From Desulfurococcaceae archaeon (lineage in GTDB: Archaea > Thermoproteota > Thermoprotei_A > Sulfolobales > Desulfurococcaceae): a DNA stretch of 59,629 bases. A program made the translations under genes and the position numbers. Location of the stretch: assembly GCA_038816475.1 (NCBI GenBank), contig JAWBAI010000006.1, forward strand, positions 1 through 59,629, in the 5' to 3' direction. Positions within the stretch are counted from its first letter, which is position 1, and each line of letters starts with the position of its first letter. Under the pieces are notes generated by a model, which had not been told where the DNA came from, made no database searches, and worked only from the letters and a program-made list of their open reading frames with translations. Below are positions 40,070 to 49,136 of the stretch, one piece after another.

Positions 40070-41046
40070 AGTACAGAACATACTTTGTTCTCCGAGGAGA
40101 CAACGAGCACTTGGCTCGGGGTGAGCTCAGAGCTCTTCTGGAGGTTTTCGGTGAGAAGTGCTTTGTTGAGTGCTACCCAATGCTCTGCTTGTCTGATTGC
40201 AGTGAGGTGATAGCAACCGGGGTTACAGCGAGGGCTGGCTTCGTGAAGGAGGCTGGAAGAGTCATCGGGGTCTTCAACGTCTACTCTGAGGGTGATGCCA
40301 GGGAAGCCGGTGTGGTGCTGGGTGGAGTTGCTCACGTGTCTGTTTTCAAGTCAACTGTTAGTAGTAGTGCTGTTGAGGAGTTCAAGCGTAGAGCAGGTGT
40401 CGTGGAGAAGATCGGTGGTTTGGGTGAAAAAAGGCTGATCTTTACGAGTGGTTTAGCTGTTGCTGGTGTTAAGCTGTCTGAGCAGAGCTACGGTGAACTA
40501 CTGAAGAGAGCTCGAAGCCTACCGTTCAGGAGGAGTATATCCTTGACACCGGACTTGGCCAGAGCTCTTGTTAACTTGTCTAGAGCCAGAAGAGGGTGTG
40601 TTCTCGTGGACCCCTTCGCGGGAACAGGGACGATCCTCGTTGAAGCGTGGAGCATGGGTGTTCGCGGTGTAGCTGTGGATGTTGACTGGAGGCTGGTCAA
40701 GGGGATGAAGCAGAACTTTGAGCATTTGGGTGTGAACGCTGTACCAGTGGTTGGTGATTCGAGGTATAATGTTTTCAACGAGGTGGATCACGTGACCACG
40801 GATTTACCCTACGGTAGAGGTGCTAGTACGCACGGTGCTGAGATCAGGGAGTTGTACAGGTTGTTCTTCGAGAGGTTGTCCGAGTACCTTTCTAGGAGAG
40901 GTTATGCGTGCTTCATGGCTCCTCTCTGGCTCGAGGACTACGTTGACGATGTTCTCGATTCATCCGGTTTTAGGCTCGTTGGAAGGTACTACGACTACGT
41001 TCACAGTTCTCTCACGAGGTCTATTAGTGTGGTGGTGAGGAAGTGA
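40066..41046 (+). CDS. tRNA m2G10 methyltransferase (Trm11/TrmG10-like)
   Basis: LARALVNLS, DPFAGTGTIL and TDLPYG. Confidence 0.8.
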   Translation: MKYRTYFVLRGDNEHLARGELRALLEVFGEKCFVECYPMLCLSDCSEVIATGVTARAGFVKEAGRVIGVFNVYSEGDAREAGVVLGGVAHVSVFKSTVSSSAVEEFKRRAGVVEKIGGLGEKRLIFTSGLAVAGVKLSEQSYGELLKRARSLPFRRSISLTPDLARALVNLSRARRGCVLVDPFAGTGTILVEAWSMGVRGVAVDVDWRLVKGMKQNFEHLGVNAVPVVGDSRYNVFNEVDHVTTDLPYGRGASTHGAEIRELYRLFFERLSEYLSRRGYACFMAPLWLEDYVDDVLDSSGFRLVGRYYDYVHSSLTRSISVVVRK

Positions 41047-41792
41047 ACGCTAGGTTGTACTTCCTTGGAACAGGTGCAGCTATGCCTGTGTCCAGGCATC
41101 TTCCCTGCATAGCGTTGAAGGTTGACTCCGACATATACCTCTTCGACGTTGGCGAGGGATGCCAGACTAGGATGTTCAGGAGAGGTCTTAGTCCTCTCAA
41201 GGTTAAAGCTGTTTTTTTAACTCATGGTCACGGTGACCACTACCTTGGTTTACCTGGTCTTGTTCAAACAATGGTTCTCTCGGATAGGAGAGAACCACTG
41301 GTGATCGCTGCACCAGGGAGCCTCAGGGAGCTCTTGGCATCACTGTTCAAGCTTGGACTGGTGAAAACAGGGTTCAGAGTTGAACTGCTCGAGGTTTACA
41401 ACGGCTTCACGTACAGCGATAGGAAGGTAACCGTGAAGGCTTTCCCCGTTGAGCACACTACTGAGTCCTACGGATACCATGTTACAGTGGGTAAGAAGAC
41501 AATTTGCTACACGGGTGATACAGCACCCTGCAGAAGCACAGTGGAGAACTGCGGAGGAGTTGATGTTCTCATACACGATGCAACATTCACCAGTACACTC
41601 GAGAAGGAAGCACATGAGCAAGGTCACTCAACAGCGCTGGACGCCGCCAGAGTAGCCCTGGAGGCATCCGCGAAAACACTAGTACTCTTCCACCTTAGCG
41701 CAAGGTACACACCAGAAGAGCTCTTCTTCGACGCCTACAGAGTCTTCAAAAACACAATAGTAGCAAAAGACGGACTAATACTACTACTGTAA
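41043..41792 (+). CDS. rnz: Ribonuclease Z
   Basis: FLGTG, DVGEG, THGHGDHYLG, YTGDT, IHDATF, GHST and HLSARY. Confidence 0.93.
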   Translation: MNARLYFLGTGAAMPVSRHLPCIALKVDSDIYLFDVGEGCQTRMFRRGLSPLKVKAVFLTHGHGDHYLGLPGLVQTMVLSDRREPLVIAAPGSLRELLASLFKLGLVKTGFRVELLEVYNGFTYSDRKVTVKAFPVEHTTESYGYHVTVGKKTICYTGDTAPCRSTVENCGGVDVLIHDATFTSTLEKEAHEQGHSTALDAARVALEASAKTLVLFHLSARYTPEELFFDAYRVFKNTIVAKDGLILLL

Positions 41793-41896
41793 CCCCACAG
41801 TAAACCCCTAAAGCTCAGCAAAAACCAACCTTCCCCACAGCAAACTAGCCATCAACCCCTTCCATGCTACCCAAGAACTTCACCAACGCAAAAGTC

Positions 41897-41981
41897 CTTT
41901 CAATTCTTTGTATTGTATTCCCTTCGTGGTGAAGGAGTCTTCGTTGGCTACGTGCACCTTTCAATTCTTTTCATTGTATTC
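41897..41981 (-). CRISPR. CRISPR mini-array 2: 2 repeats, 1 spacer
   Basis: Variant repeats at 41897-41920 and 41958-41981 around a 37-nt spacer. The leader on the right is homologous to those of arrays 1 and 3. Confidence 0.88.
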
Positions 41982-42100
41982 CATGCGCGAGCTCTGTCAC
42001 GACTCGTTCAATATAGTTTATGATGGCTGAGTATTTAAGTTTTTCACCTCGATTAAGCCTGCTACCTGCTTCATGGTGTTCATGGACGTTCGATCGAGTG
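41982..42100 (-). promoter_or_regulatory. CRISPR leader of mini-array 2
   Basis: TATA-like CTTAAATA on the - strand at 42032-42039, and the conserved TTCATGGTGTTCATGGACGTTCGATC block from 42070. Confidence 0.8.
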
Positions 42101-43022
42101 TAGTTGCATGAAGTTGACTCCCTAGACTATTATTCTCCTTGCTTTCCAGCGAGCTCAGCTCGGATGCATGCACGAGATAAGCCCGATGGCTCGCTCAGGT
42201 TGTCTGCCAGTTCTGAAGCTGCGTTAGTGTAAGCGTGTCTGGAGGACTGGTTTTCAGCGTGATCTGATTCGGCTCTAGGGGGTTCAACGGAAGACGTCAA
42301 GGCGGAGAACCTCCCTCTGTAATCAAACCTATGTAAACGTCTCTAAGTTAGAGTAAACCGTGCATTGTGTTTGAAGTAAGCTAGCACCCTAAAGCACACT
42401 GAACTACTGGAGCTGCTGGTGAGTGGTAGCTCTGGAAAGGTGTCTTCCACTTTTTACATCCCGAGGTGAGAATCTTCGCGTCTTTGACGGGTTTGTCCAT
42501 TGAGAGTTCACGGATTCAAGGGATCACGCTACTTAATTCTCCATTAGCTGGAAACCCTTTAGAAGTGCTTAAGCTATGTAGCGTTCTCCCCCTACCCGTG
42601 CTTCAGAAGAGCATGGCAACGTGTAGTACGAAGGACGATCGAAGCCTTACCCTTACCCTTGTCTTCCCAGCCCCTCGTGCTCGTCTCCAAACTAGGTATA
42701 AGCGTTGGGCAACATCACGGGCTCTTTCGGCAAGCTACTGTGATGTCGTCAAGTGCCACTATTGTTGCTATGGTGTGCTTTCGAAGAGGTTTTGTCCTGT
42801 TGCGCTTGCTCCTCTGAGCTAGAGCTGGTAGAAGGTTACCTTTCCATGACTGGACTCTGTGAACCTCTAACCGCGTTCCAGTAACACAATGCAGAAAGTA
42901 AACAGGGATTCAGTAAGGTGCGAAAACGTAGAGCTACCAAGCAGGGATTACCCTGGCACACTAGCCAGGGAGTCCTGAGTCCTCGTGGAAGAAGAAGGTC
43001 CTTTGCCTTAATCTTTTGCCTC

Positions 43023-43139
43023 GGAGACCCTTTAGCCCAGGATGCTACAGGAATAGCTGAGGTGCTATAGCGCGAGCTCCACTAGTTCCTGGTACGAACC
43101 CAGGGTCTCCAGCTGGTACCTCAGCGAAGGATCAGGAAC
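43023..43139 (+). ncRNA. Candidate structured RNA with three interlocked helices
   Basis: Complementary pairs 43023-31/43102-10, 43056-67/43114-25 and 43085-93/43131-39. No known family recognised. Confidence 0.3.
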
Positions 43140-43187
43140 CAGCCTGTGCATTGATGAGGGTGTGAATAAAGATTTTTGTATCAACTA

Positions 43188-43199
43188 AATTAGCTAATT
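43188..43199. promoter_or_regulatory. Perfect palindrome AATTAGCTAATT at the parA start (putative operator)
   Basis: 12-bp palindrome immediately before ATG 43200 and downstream of an AAAGATTTTTGTA BRE/TATA-like element. Confidence 0.4.
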
Positions 43200-44075
43200 A
43201 TGGAGGGGATCGTGCCGCCAACGGTTATCACCATAGCTAATCAAAAAGGAGGTACCGGCAAAACTACGTTGACAGCGCTTCTAGCCTACAGCTTAGCCAG
43301 CAGAGGTTACAAAGTGCTATTGTTGGACCTAGACCCTCAGGCGCACCTCTCATCACTATTCCTAAAGATTAACGAGATCGAGGTTGTCAATGATGGAGCA
43401 TTTCACATGGCTAAGGGCCTCGATTTTAAAATCAGAAAAATCAACTTGCAAAGTATACGTGGAAAATTAGGACTAGTGCCTTCGGGGCTTAACTACATTG
43501 TAAGTACATATCGTGGAGAGTTCCCAGCCTGGGATCCTTTTGCTATCTACAAACGGATCTCGAGAGAACCCGCGATTAGAGAGTACGACTTCGTGTTGTG
43601 TGATACACCACCGGAGCTGTTTCCACCTACGATGTGGGGTCTCTACGCGGCCGATTACATAATAATACCCTCAAACATGGAAGAGCTATCCCTCGCCGGC
43701 TTGAAGCTTTTCCTAAAGGAAGTTCTCCCCGAAGTATTAATAACTCGAGGCAACCGCGACTTAAGAGTCTTAGGAGTGGCATTGGTGAACGTGACTAAAC
43801 ATTATAAGCAGAAAGCCTTTGATGAACTGAACACTTACATTGCTAAATTCGCTAAGAGATTACCATCAGTTGTAGCTAGGAATATTTATGAGAGGCCTCT
43901 CTTCAATACCATTATCCACCGAAACGCTGAGTTAACGGACCTTGTTTACAGACCTAGGAGGTGGGAGCTTCCTCTCGATAGAGTGCTGAGAAACGAGACT
44001 GGTCTTCAACGAGAGGTCGAGTCCTTTACTGAGGAGGTCCTGAGTAGGATGAACAACTTCAGAGGTTTGATGTAG
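43200..44075 (+). CDS. ParA/Soj-family ATPase
   Basis: Deviant Walker A NQKGGTGKTT, LLDLDPQAHLS, YDFVLCDTPP and AADYIIIP. Confidence 0.92.
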   Translation: MEGIVPPTVITIANQKGGTGKTTLTALLAYSLASRGYKVLLLDLDPQAHLSSLFLKINEIEVVNDGAFHMAKGLDFKIRKINLQSIRGKLGLVPSGLNYIVSTYRGEFPAWDPFAIYKRISREPAIREYDFVLCDTPPELFPPTMWGLYAADYIIIPSNMEELSLAGLKLFLKEVLPEVLITRGNRDLRVLGVALVNVTKHYKQKAFDELNTYIAKFAKRLPSVVARNIYERPLFNTIIHRNAELTDLVYRPRRWELPLDRVLRNETGLQREVESFTEEVLSRMNNFRGLM

Positions 44076-44076
44076 G

Positions 44077-44550
44077 ATGAGTGAAGCTACACCTCAGGGG
44101 ATTCAAGAACTAAGAGTGAGATTACCACAGCACTTAGTTGAGTGGTTGCAGAGGTTTAGTAAAGCCATAGCTATGACACCTGACCAACTAATTGCGAACA
44201 TACTAGAGTACTACTACGATGCTTGGAAGGTAGGTTACGATGAAGGAAGAGAGCTCTTGAGACGTGGAGAAGAAGCTCGTCTAGGAGCCTTAGAGGAATC
44301 TTTGAACGCATTCCTTGAAACTCTCTCTGAAGCTCGGCGCAAGAAAGAGAGTGCCATACTTAAGCGCTTCGTTGCGTGGCTCCGCGAGAAAAACGCCTCC
44401 GTGAGCGAAGCTAGCATCAATGAGTTCCTTGAACAGTACAAGTCGGAAAGAAACCTTAAACCTTCAACGATAACTTTGTATAGGTGCATTTTAAGAAGAT
44501 TTGCTGAATTCTGCGAGAAAAGAATAGGGCAAAGCGTCGTTCAATCGTAA
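44077..44550 (+). CDS. RHH domain fused to a tyrosine-recombinase core-binding (SAM-like) domain
   Basis: N-terminal ELRVRLPQHLVEWLQRFSKAIAMTPDQLIANIL; C-terminal ILKRFVAWL...INEFLEQY...LKPSTITLYRCILRRFAEF. No catalytic recombinase domain. Confidence 0.65.
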   Translation: MSEATPQGIQELRVRLPQHLVEWLQRFSKAIAMTPDQLIANILEYYYDAWKVGYDEGRELLRRGEEARLGALEESLNAFLETLSEARRKKESAILKRFVAWLREKNASVSEASINEFLEQYKSERNLKPSTITLYRCILRRFAEFCEKRIGQSVVQS

Positions 44551-45454
44551 CTAGCAAGCACTAGGAATCACCGGGGCTTCTGTGTGTAAAGAGACGTAAA
44601 AGGAAGTGCTATTTTTAGATTCATCACTTCACTCTTGTTGACCGGAGTGCTTCAGCTAGGGTTTTGAAGAGCCCGCTTCCTAAAGAGAATTTCAAGCGCG
44701 TTCGGGCTTCCTTACTTAGTAGCTGGGAGGATAGTTTTAAGTAGCGAGCTCGGAAGAAGTGCGACATGCTCCACGGTGTCGTGCGTGGATTTAGAGGAGT
44801 GCTCTGTGGAAGCTCGACGAGAAAGAGAAGAGGAGCAACGCTAAGTGGGGGTTTCCAGCGCGAAAACGTGAACGAAACGAGAGCGAGTAACCTGGAGTAA
44901 CGGTTAAAGGAGAGAGCCAACTCTCGTTTTATATTATATTTCTAGCGCGTGTTTAAGCTAGGGTAAATGCCTGAGAGTGCAGTTTCACCTACTACCTACT
45001 ATCTTCCGTTAACCCAGACTTGGGTACAAGCACATTGAAGATTTCCGCCGAAAAGCACCGCGTATACCCAGTAGCATCTCTGACTACGGGTTTGTTCCTT
45101 AGGGCACGCGCCTGGTATAGACACAGGTCATTTGAACGTATGCAGCGGGAGTTTCACGTAGTATTTCTCCTGTGGTGAGGCGTCATAGCGAGTAGCTGCA
45201 AATGTTCTCCTACTGGTAGACGTAAACATTTTGGGAACAGATTCCTATGAGAGGCGAGTACGCCGGTGCTTGGGTCTTTCCTTCTCTAATCAGCTCAAAG
45301 TGGAGCGATCAGAAAAAGCGAGAAGTTCGGTTCAGTTGCTTGGATAAGTCTTCGCGGTGGAGAGTGAATAAGCTGCTCTGCTTTAAAGAAAGTTTCGAGC
45401 TAAAGAGAACACGGAACCATTTTTACAACCGTCTAATCAACGCCCTTCAACCCC

Positions 45455-46582
45455 TTACTGTGAGAATTGCGAGGAGAGGATTTCATGCAGTAGCCTAACA
45501 CTTGAATTGCGTGGTCTAAGCTCATCAACTACAATTATTCCCTTTCTACTGAGGAAGTTCTTCACATGATCTGGAACGCTCCGTAGCGAAGCCAAAATGA
45601 ATATACGCGGCTTAAAGATATGCAAGTACGGTAGGATTTGTGAATTTATATCGTTCTTCCACATATCGAGGGGGTCTTCTTTGCACTCTACGAGGACGTC
45701 TATGCCTTTTCCAGAGTTAACGAAGTCACTTGTTCTCTCGTAGTAGCCTCTAACCACTACAATGTCTGGTCTGATGGGCACTCGTTTGCCCGTGGACATG
45801 TGTTCACCTGTTAATATGCTTCGCACATAGGCTAGTACATGAGCTACTCTGCTAGGTTGGAACTCTAGCCAAGAGCTTACGCTACCGTAAGGGGTCTCCC
45901 CAATGCATGTGCTGAACCCTGAGCCTTGCTCAACCCACCAGTACGCTCCACCATCATACCCCCTGGGGTATAGAAACCTCGATACTCCAAGAGCTTCGCA
46001 TATCAATTTGAGCACCCATAGCTGGTATATTCCCCTCCTTGTAGCTCTTAAGCTCATGATCCTCTTGCCATCATCAGGCAAGCTCATGAACGTGAAGTAA
46101 TATAGCTCAGGATCTCTAAACGCGTCTGCTAATCTATGAGCATGACCCATAAACTGGCACTTGAAGTTCAGCCTCTTCTCGTAATCCCTAATCTCGTTGA
46201 TCATGGGAACAAAGACCTCATTAAACTCTGAAATAAGGAAAACTAGTTCTGGACTCTTTACTCGAAACCTAAGGCCTCGGACCTCGTCGATCAGCCATCC
46301 AAGCGGTCCAAAATACTTGTATTCCCTTGGATAACCCTCTTCAAAGTCTTCGATTCCACATTTTCCAAGAAACGCGTATCCGCTCCTCGAGAAGGAGAAG
46401 AAGTATAGTGTTTTCCCAGCTAAACTTTCTGTTGGAACTTTGTAAACGACCTCTTCTTCAAATCTGCCTACTTCTTTAGTAGTAGCGTACTCACTTATGT
46501 GGACAAGCTCTTTTCCTTCAACTACGTAAACATAGTGACCCCCACGCGTTCCTCTGTGTACTTCAATAACTTTCGTTGCAAT
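45455..46582 (-). CDS. PD-(D/E)XK nuclease (McrC/DUF524-like motifs), 375 aa if started at ATT
   Basis: IYQLWVLKLI, IRPDIVV, VLVECK and QILPY. The frame stays open for 126 codons upstream of ATG 46204, up to an ATT at 46582 that follows an AGGGGGGT SD-like site. Confidence 0.7.
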   Translation of the reverse strand: MATKVIEVHRGTRGGHYVYVVEGKELVHISEYATTKEVGRFEEEVVYKVPTESLAGKTLYFFSFSRSGYAFLGKCGIEDFEEGYPREYKYFGPLGWLIDEVRGLRFRVKSPELVFLISEFNEVFVPMINEIRDYEKRLNFKCQFMGHAHRLADAFRDPELYYFTFMSLPDDGKRIMSLRATRRGIYQLWVLKLICEALGVSRFLYPRGYDGGAYWWVEQGSGFSTCIGETPYGSVSSWLEFQPSRVAHVLAYVRSILTGEHMSTGKRVPIRPDIVVVRGYYERTSDFVNSGKGIDVLVECKEDPLDMWKNDINSQILPYLHIFKPRIFILASLRSVPDHVKNFLSRKGIIVVDELRPRNSSVRLLHEILSSQFSQ

Positions 46583-47667
46583 ATTTTCAACCCCCCTTTA
46601 CTCGTTCTTCTAAATGCTTTTAAATTAGTTCTAAATTAAATCTTCTGGAACATGCTTTCTGTTCTTTTAAGCATCTAGTTCAAGCATTAAGTGCTCTAGC
46701 TCTGAGCACCAAGTTTGAAAGCTGGTTAAGTATAGCGATTGCGGGATGTAATCAGAAAGTGACTGCTTCCCTGGATTCCGTGCTTGTCGGTTTTTACATA
46801 ACTAGTGTTTCGCAGGAGAATAGATTAAGCGTGAGAACAGGTTCTACATTCCTAGCGTAGATGTCTATGAACTTCTTGCACCGTTCTTCGTCCTCGGGAT
46901 TACGATGCACATCAGAGATCATCCCCGCGCTAGCGTAGGGGATCTCCTCGTCTTTCTTCTAGGGCGGAGGTTTAAGAGACGTGCTTGTCTGCAGAAATCT
47001 CCCAGGCTCGAGAATACCCTTTGGAAGTGCCTTCAACTAGGAGGTTCTAAGGGATGTGGCCCGGTGAGAGTTTGCACCGGTTGATACCGCTTCGCTTCAC
47101 CTGTTCTTTCCTGTGCTCGCTTAATCGCTCATCGAACTACGCTGGAATAAACCATGAAAAACCCTCCTTCCCGTGGTTCATCAACAAGCATTGTCGTAAC
47201 ACACTTCCGTGAAAAGCTGTTTCGCGCTTCTCGTTGTTCCCAAATTTGGTTGTAAACCTGTTGGAAACCTCGCTAAAACTTCTGCGCGTTTCTTAATACT
47301 TCTAATAGCAAAGAAAGAGTGCCCCTTCAAGCAGAGTTAGCCGCAGGTTAACCGTACTTGTTTTCGGTTTTGGAAACTAACGCAACGTTCTCAATCTGCC
47401 CGAGACCAGTCTCGGTAATAGCTTCGATCAAACGCTCATGAAGACGCAGTTTCTCTGCATTCATGGAGGGAGCACGGGCTTAAAACTCCGGATACCTTGA
47501 GGTTGAGCTGAAGAAGTTAGAGCTTGCACACATAATACGGTGCAGAGAATTGAAAATAGTTGATCGCCTTGTTCTGCCTCCTTAATCTCCCTTTGGACCG
47601 AACACAGTGCAGAGAATGAAAGATCAGCGGATTCTCTGCAATACAAACTTGCAGTTCATTTTTAAGT

Positions 47668-47871
47668 GTTCCCAGGGGCTTCTTCGCTGGTAGATCCTTG
47701 CCCGATGTTCTGGGGGACGTTGAGAGGTTTCTCCCAAGGTTCATCAAGGCGCCCGACAGGGATGTAATACACCTCGTGCCAGTATACAGCGTTGACGTGA
47801 AGAACGTGAGAGTCTACGGTAGAGCTCTCGCCGACATCACAGCGGTTGGAAAGCTCATCGTGGTACCATGA
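47668..47871 (+). pseudogene. cas2: 5'-truncated cas2
   Basis: Reads VPRGFFAGRSLPDVLGDVERFLPRFIKAPDRDVIHLVPVY...KLIVVP* and overlaps cas4 by ATGA. The N-terminal YD strand is missing and there is an in-frame stop at 47617. Confidence 0.7.
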
Positions 47872-48395
47872 TTTCAACCAAGCCTCTTGACACTGTAACT
47901 CCCTCCCTCGTTAAGCAGTACTCGTACTGTCCTGTGATTGTTTGGCTGAAAGCCTGGTTTCTCCTCGAGGAGCCGGCCACGGACAGCATGATGGTGGGCA
48001 AAGAATGCACAAAACCACCCGAGGGCAAGGGGCAGGTGTACGTTAGAACGAGGTCAGGCGCCACAGTAATAGACGAGGTCGTTGAAAACAAGGACGGTTC
48101 AAAGGTGATCACAGAGAGGAAAGCCTACCGTAGCCACAACTACTCGAGGTACGTTGAGCAGCTGGTAGCATCATACCTGATCGCAAGGGAGAAGATACAG
48201 GGCATAAGAGCAGCGAGAATACAGGTTGGAGACGCTGTGAAAACACTTGAGCTCAGCGAGGACCTCTCGGAGGACGTTGAAAAGATCGTTGAGAAAACAA
48301 GAGAAATGGTAACTCGAGAAACAGCACCACCGAGGCCGCTGAACACCAGGAAGTGCACAAGCTGCTGGTACAAACGGTACTGTCCACACTGGTAG
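47868..48395 (+). CDS. cas4: CRISPR-associated protein Cas4
   Basis: TPSLVKQYSYCP, IDEV...ITERK, EQL and KCTSCWYKRYCP. It is adjacent to a CRISPR leader. Confidence 0.92.
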   Translation: MISTKPLDTVTPSLVKQYSYCPVIVWLKAWFLLEEPATDSMMVGKECTKPPEGKGQVYVRTRSGATVIDEVVENKDGSKVITERKAYRSHNYSRYVEQLVASYLIAREKIQGIRAARIQVGDAVKTLELSEDLSEDVEKIVEKTREMVTRETAPPRPLNTRKCTSCWYKRYCPHW

Positions 48396-48680
48396 AACAT
48401 CCCGTCCAGATCAGGGACGATCGATCAACCCCACGGAAAACTCCACGTGAACAGAACAAAACAGTTCAAATAAAACAGTCACGTGTTTTTAAACCACTCC
48501 TGATCAAGCCTCTTGAACATCCCTGATCAACCGGGATTAGTCATGGTGATGGATTGTGGAAGGGCTTTGATCGAACGCCCATGAACACCATGAAAACATC
48601 CGTAGACACGATCACCCTGAAAACTTAAAAACCCATCCCCATAAAGTAAATTAAAGAAGACAAATCAAAGCTCACGCACA
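48396..48680 (+). promoter_or_regulatory. CRISPR leader of array 3
   Basis: GAAAA-CTTAAAAA BRE/TATA at 48619-48631 and the conserved block at 48567-48594. Confidence 0.88.
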
Positions 48681-48959
48681 GAATACAATAGAAAGAATTG
48701 AAAGGCCGAAGAAGGAGATCGTCAACGTATACGTAAAGCTTCTGAGAATACAATAGAAAGAATTGAAAGCACGGCTCTCACCCCATATAATACTAGAGTA
48801 TTAAGAGAATACAATAGAAAGAATTGAAAGAATAGTAACACACAGGATACCCTGGGAATTAAAGCCAGAGAATACAATAGAAAGAATTGAAAGTGGTTTC
48901 AAAACCTAATTCGCTCAGTAGAACGCTTGTAATGAGAATACAGTGAAAAGAATTGAAAG
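48681..48959 (+). CRISPR. CRISPR array 3: 5 repeats (GAATACAATAGAAAGAATTGAAAG), 4 spacers
   Basis: Repeats start at 48681, 48746, 48807, 48870 and 48936 (the last is degenerate). Spacers are 41, 37, 39 and 42 nt. A heavily decayed sixth repeat may lie at 49004-49027. Confidence 0.96.
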
Positions 48960-49136
48960 CGAAGTGCTCAGTTTCTAGATGTAATTGTCAGGCATTGTCA
49001 TGTAAGTAGAACCCGAAGAACTATACAATACGGTTATCTAACAGGTAAGAACAAGTGAATTTAATCATTAACAAGTACAATAAGGGTAATTACTGCTCCT
49101 ATACAGATTCTTTGTTCGAATCGTATCTTTACAAGA

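Noticed and set aside
41849-41872. Possible third degenerate repeat of mini-array 2
   Set aside because: Only 14 of 24 positions match and it would leave a 24-nt spacer, too short for this family.
42440-42850. Possible decayed IS605 tnpB on the - strand (HTIATIVALDDITVA resembling RuvC-I, LHSLS, VIxE)
   Set aside because: Many stops and frameshifts and no catalytic Asp. Too weak to call without a tBLASTn or HMM search.
44551-45450. Short ORFs and coding-like fragments between the RHH fusion and the nuclease
   Set aside because: No recognisable motifs and interrupted by stops; treated as decayed DNA.
46700-47660. Fragmentary reading frames upstream of the cas2 remnant (possible cas1 remains)
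   Set aside because: No Cas1 motifs are visible in the frames read, and the fragments could not be identified.
49004-49027. Possible sixth repeat of array 3
   Set aside because: The spacing is plausible (44 nt) but only 12 of 24 positions match in A-rich sequence, so it is not counted.
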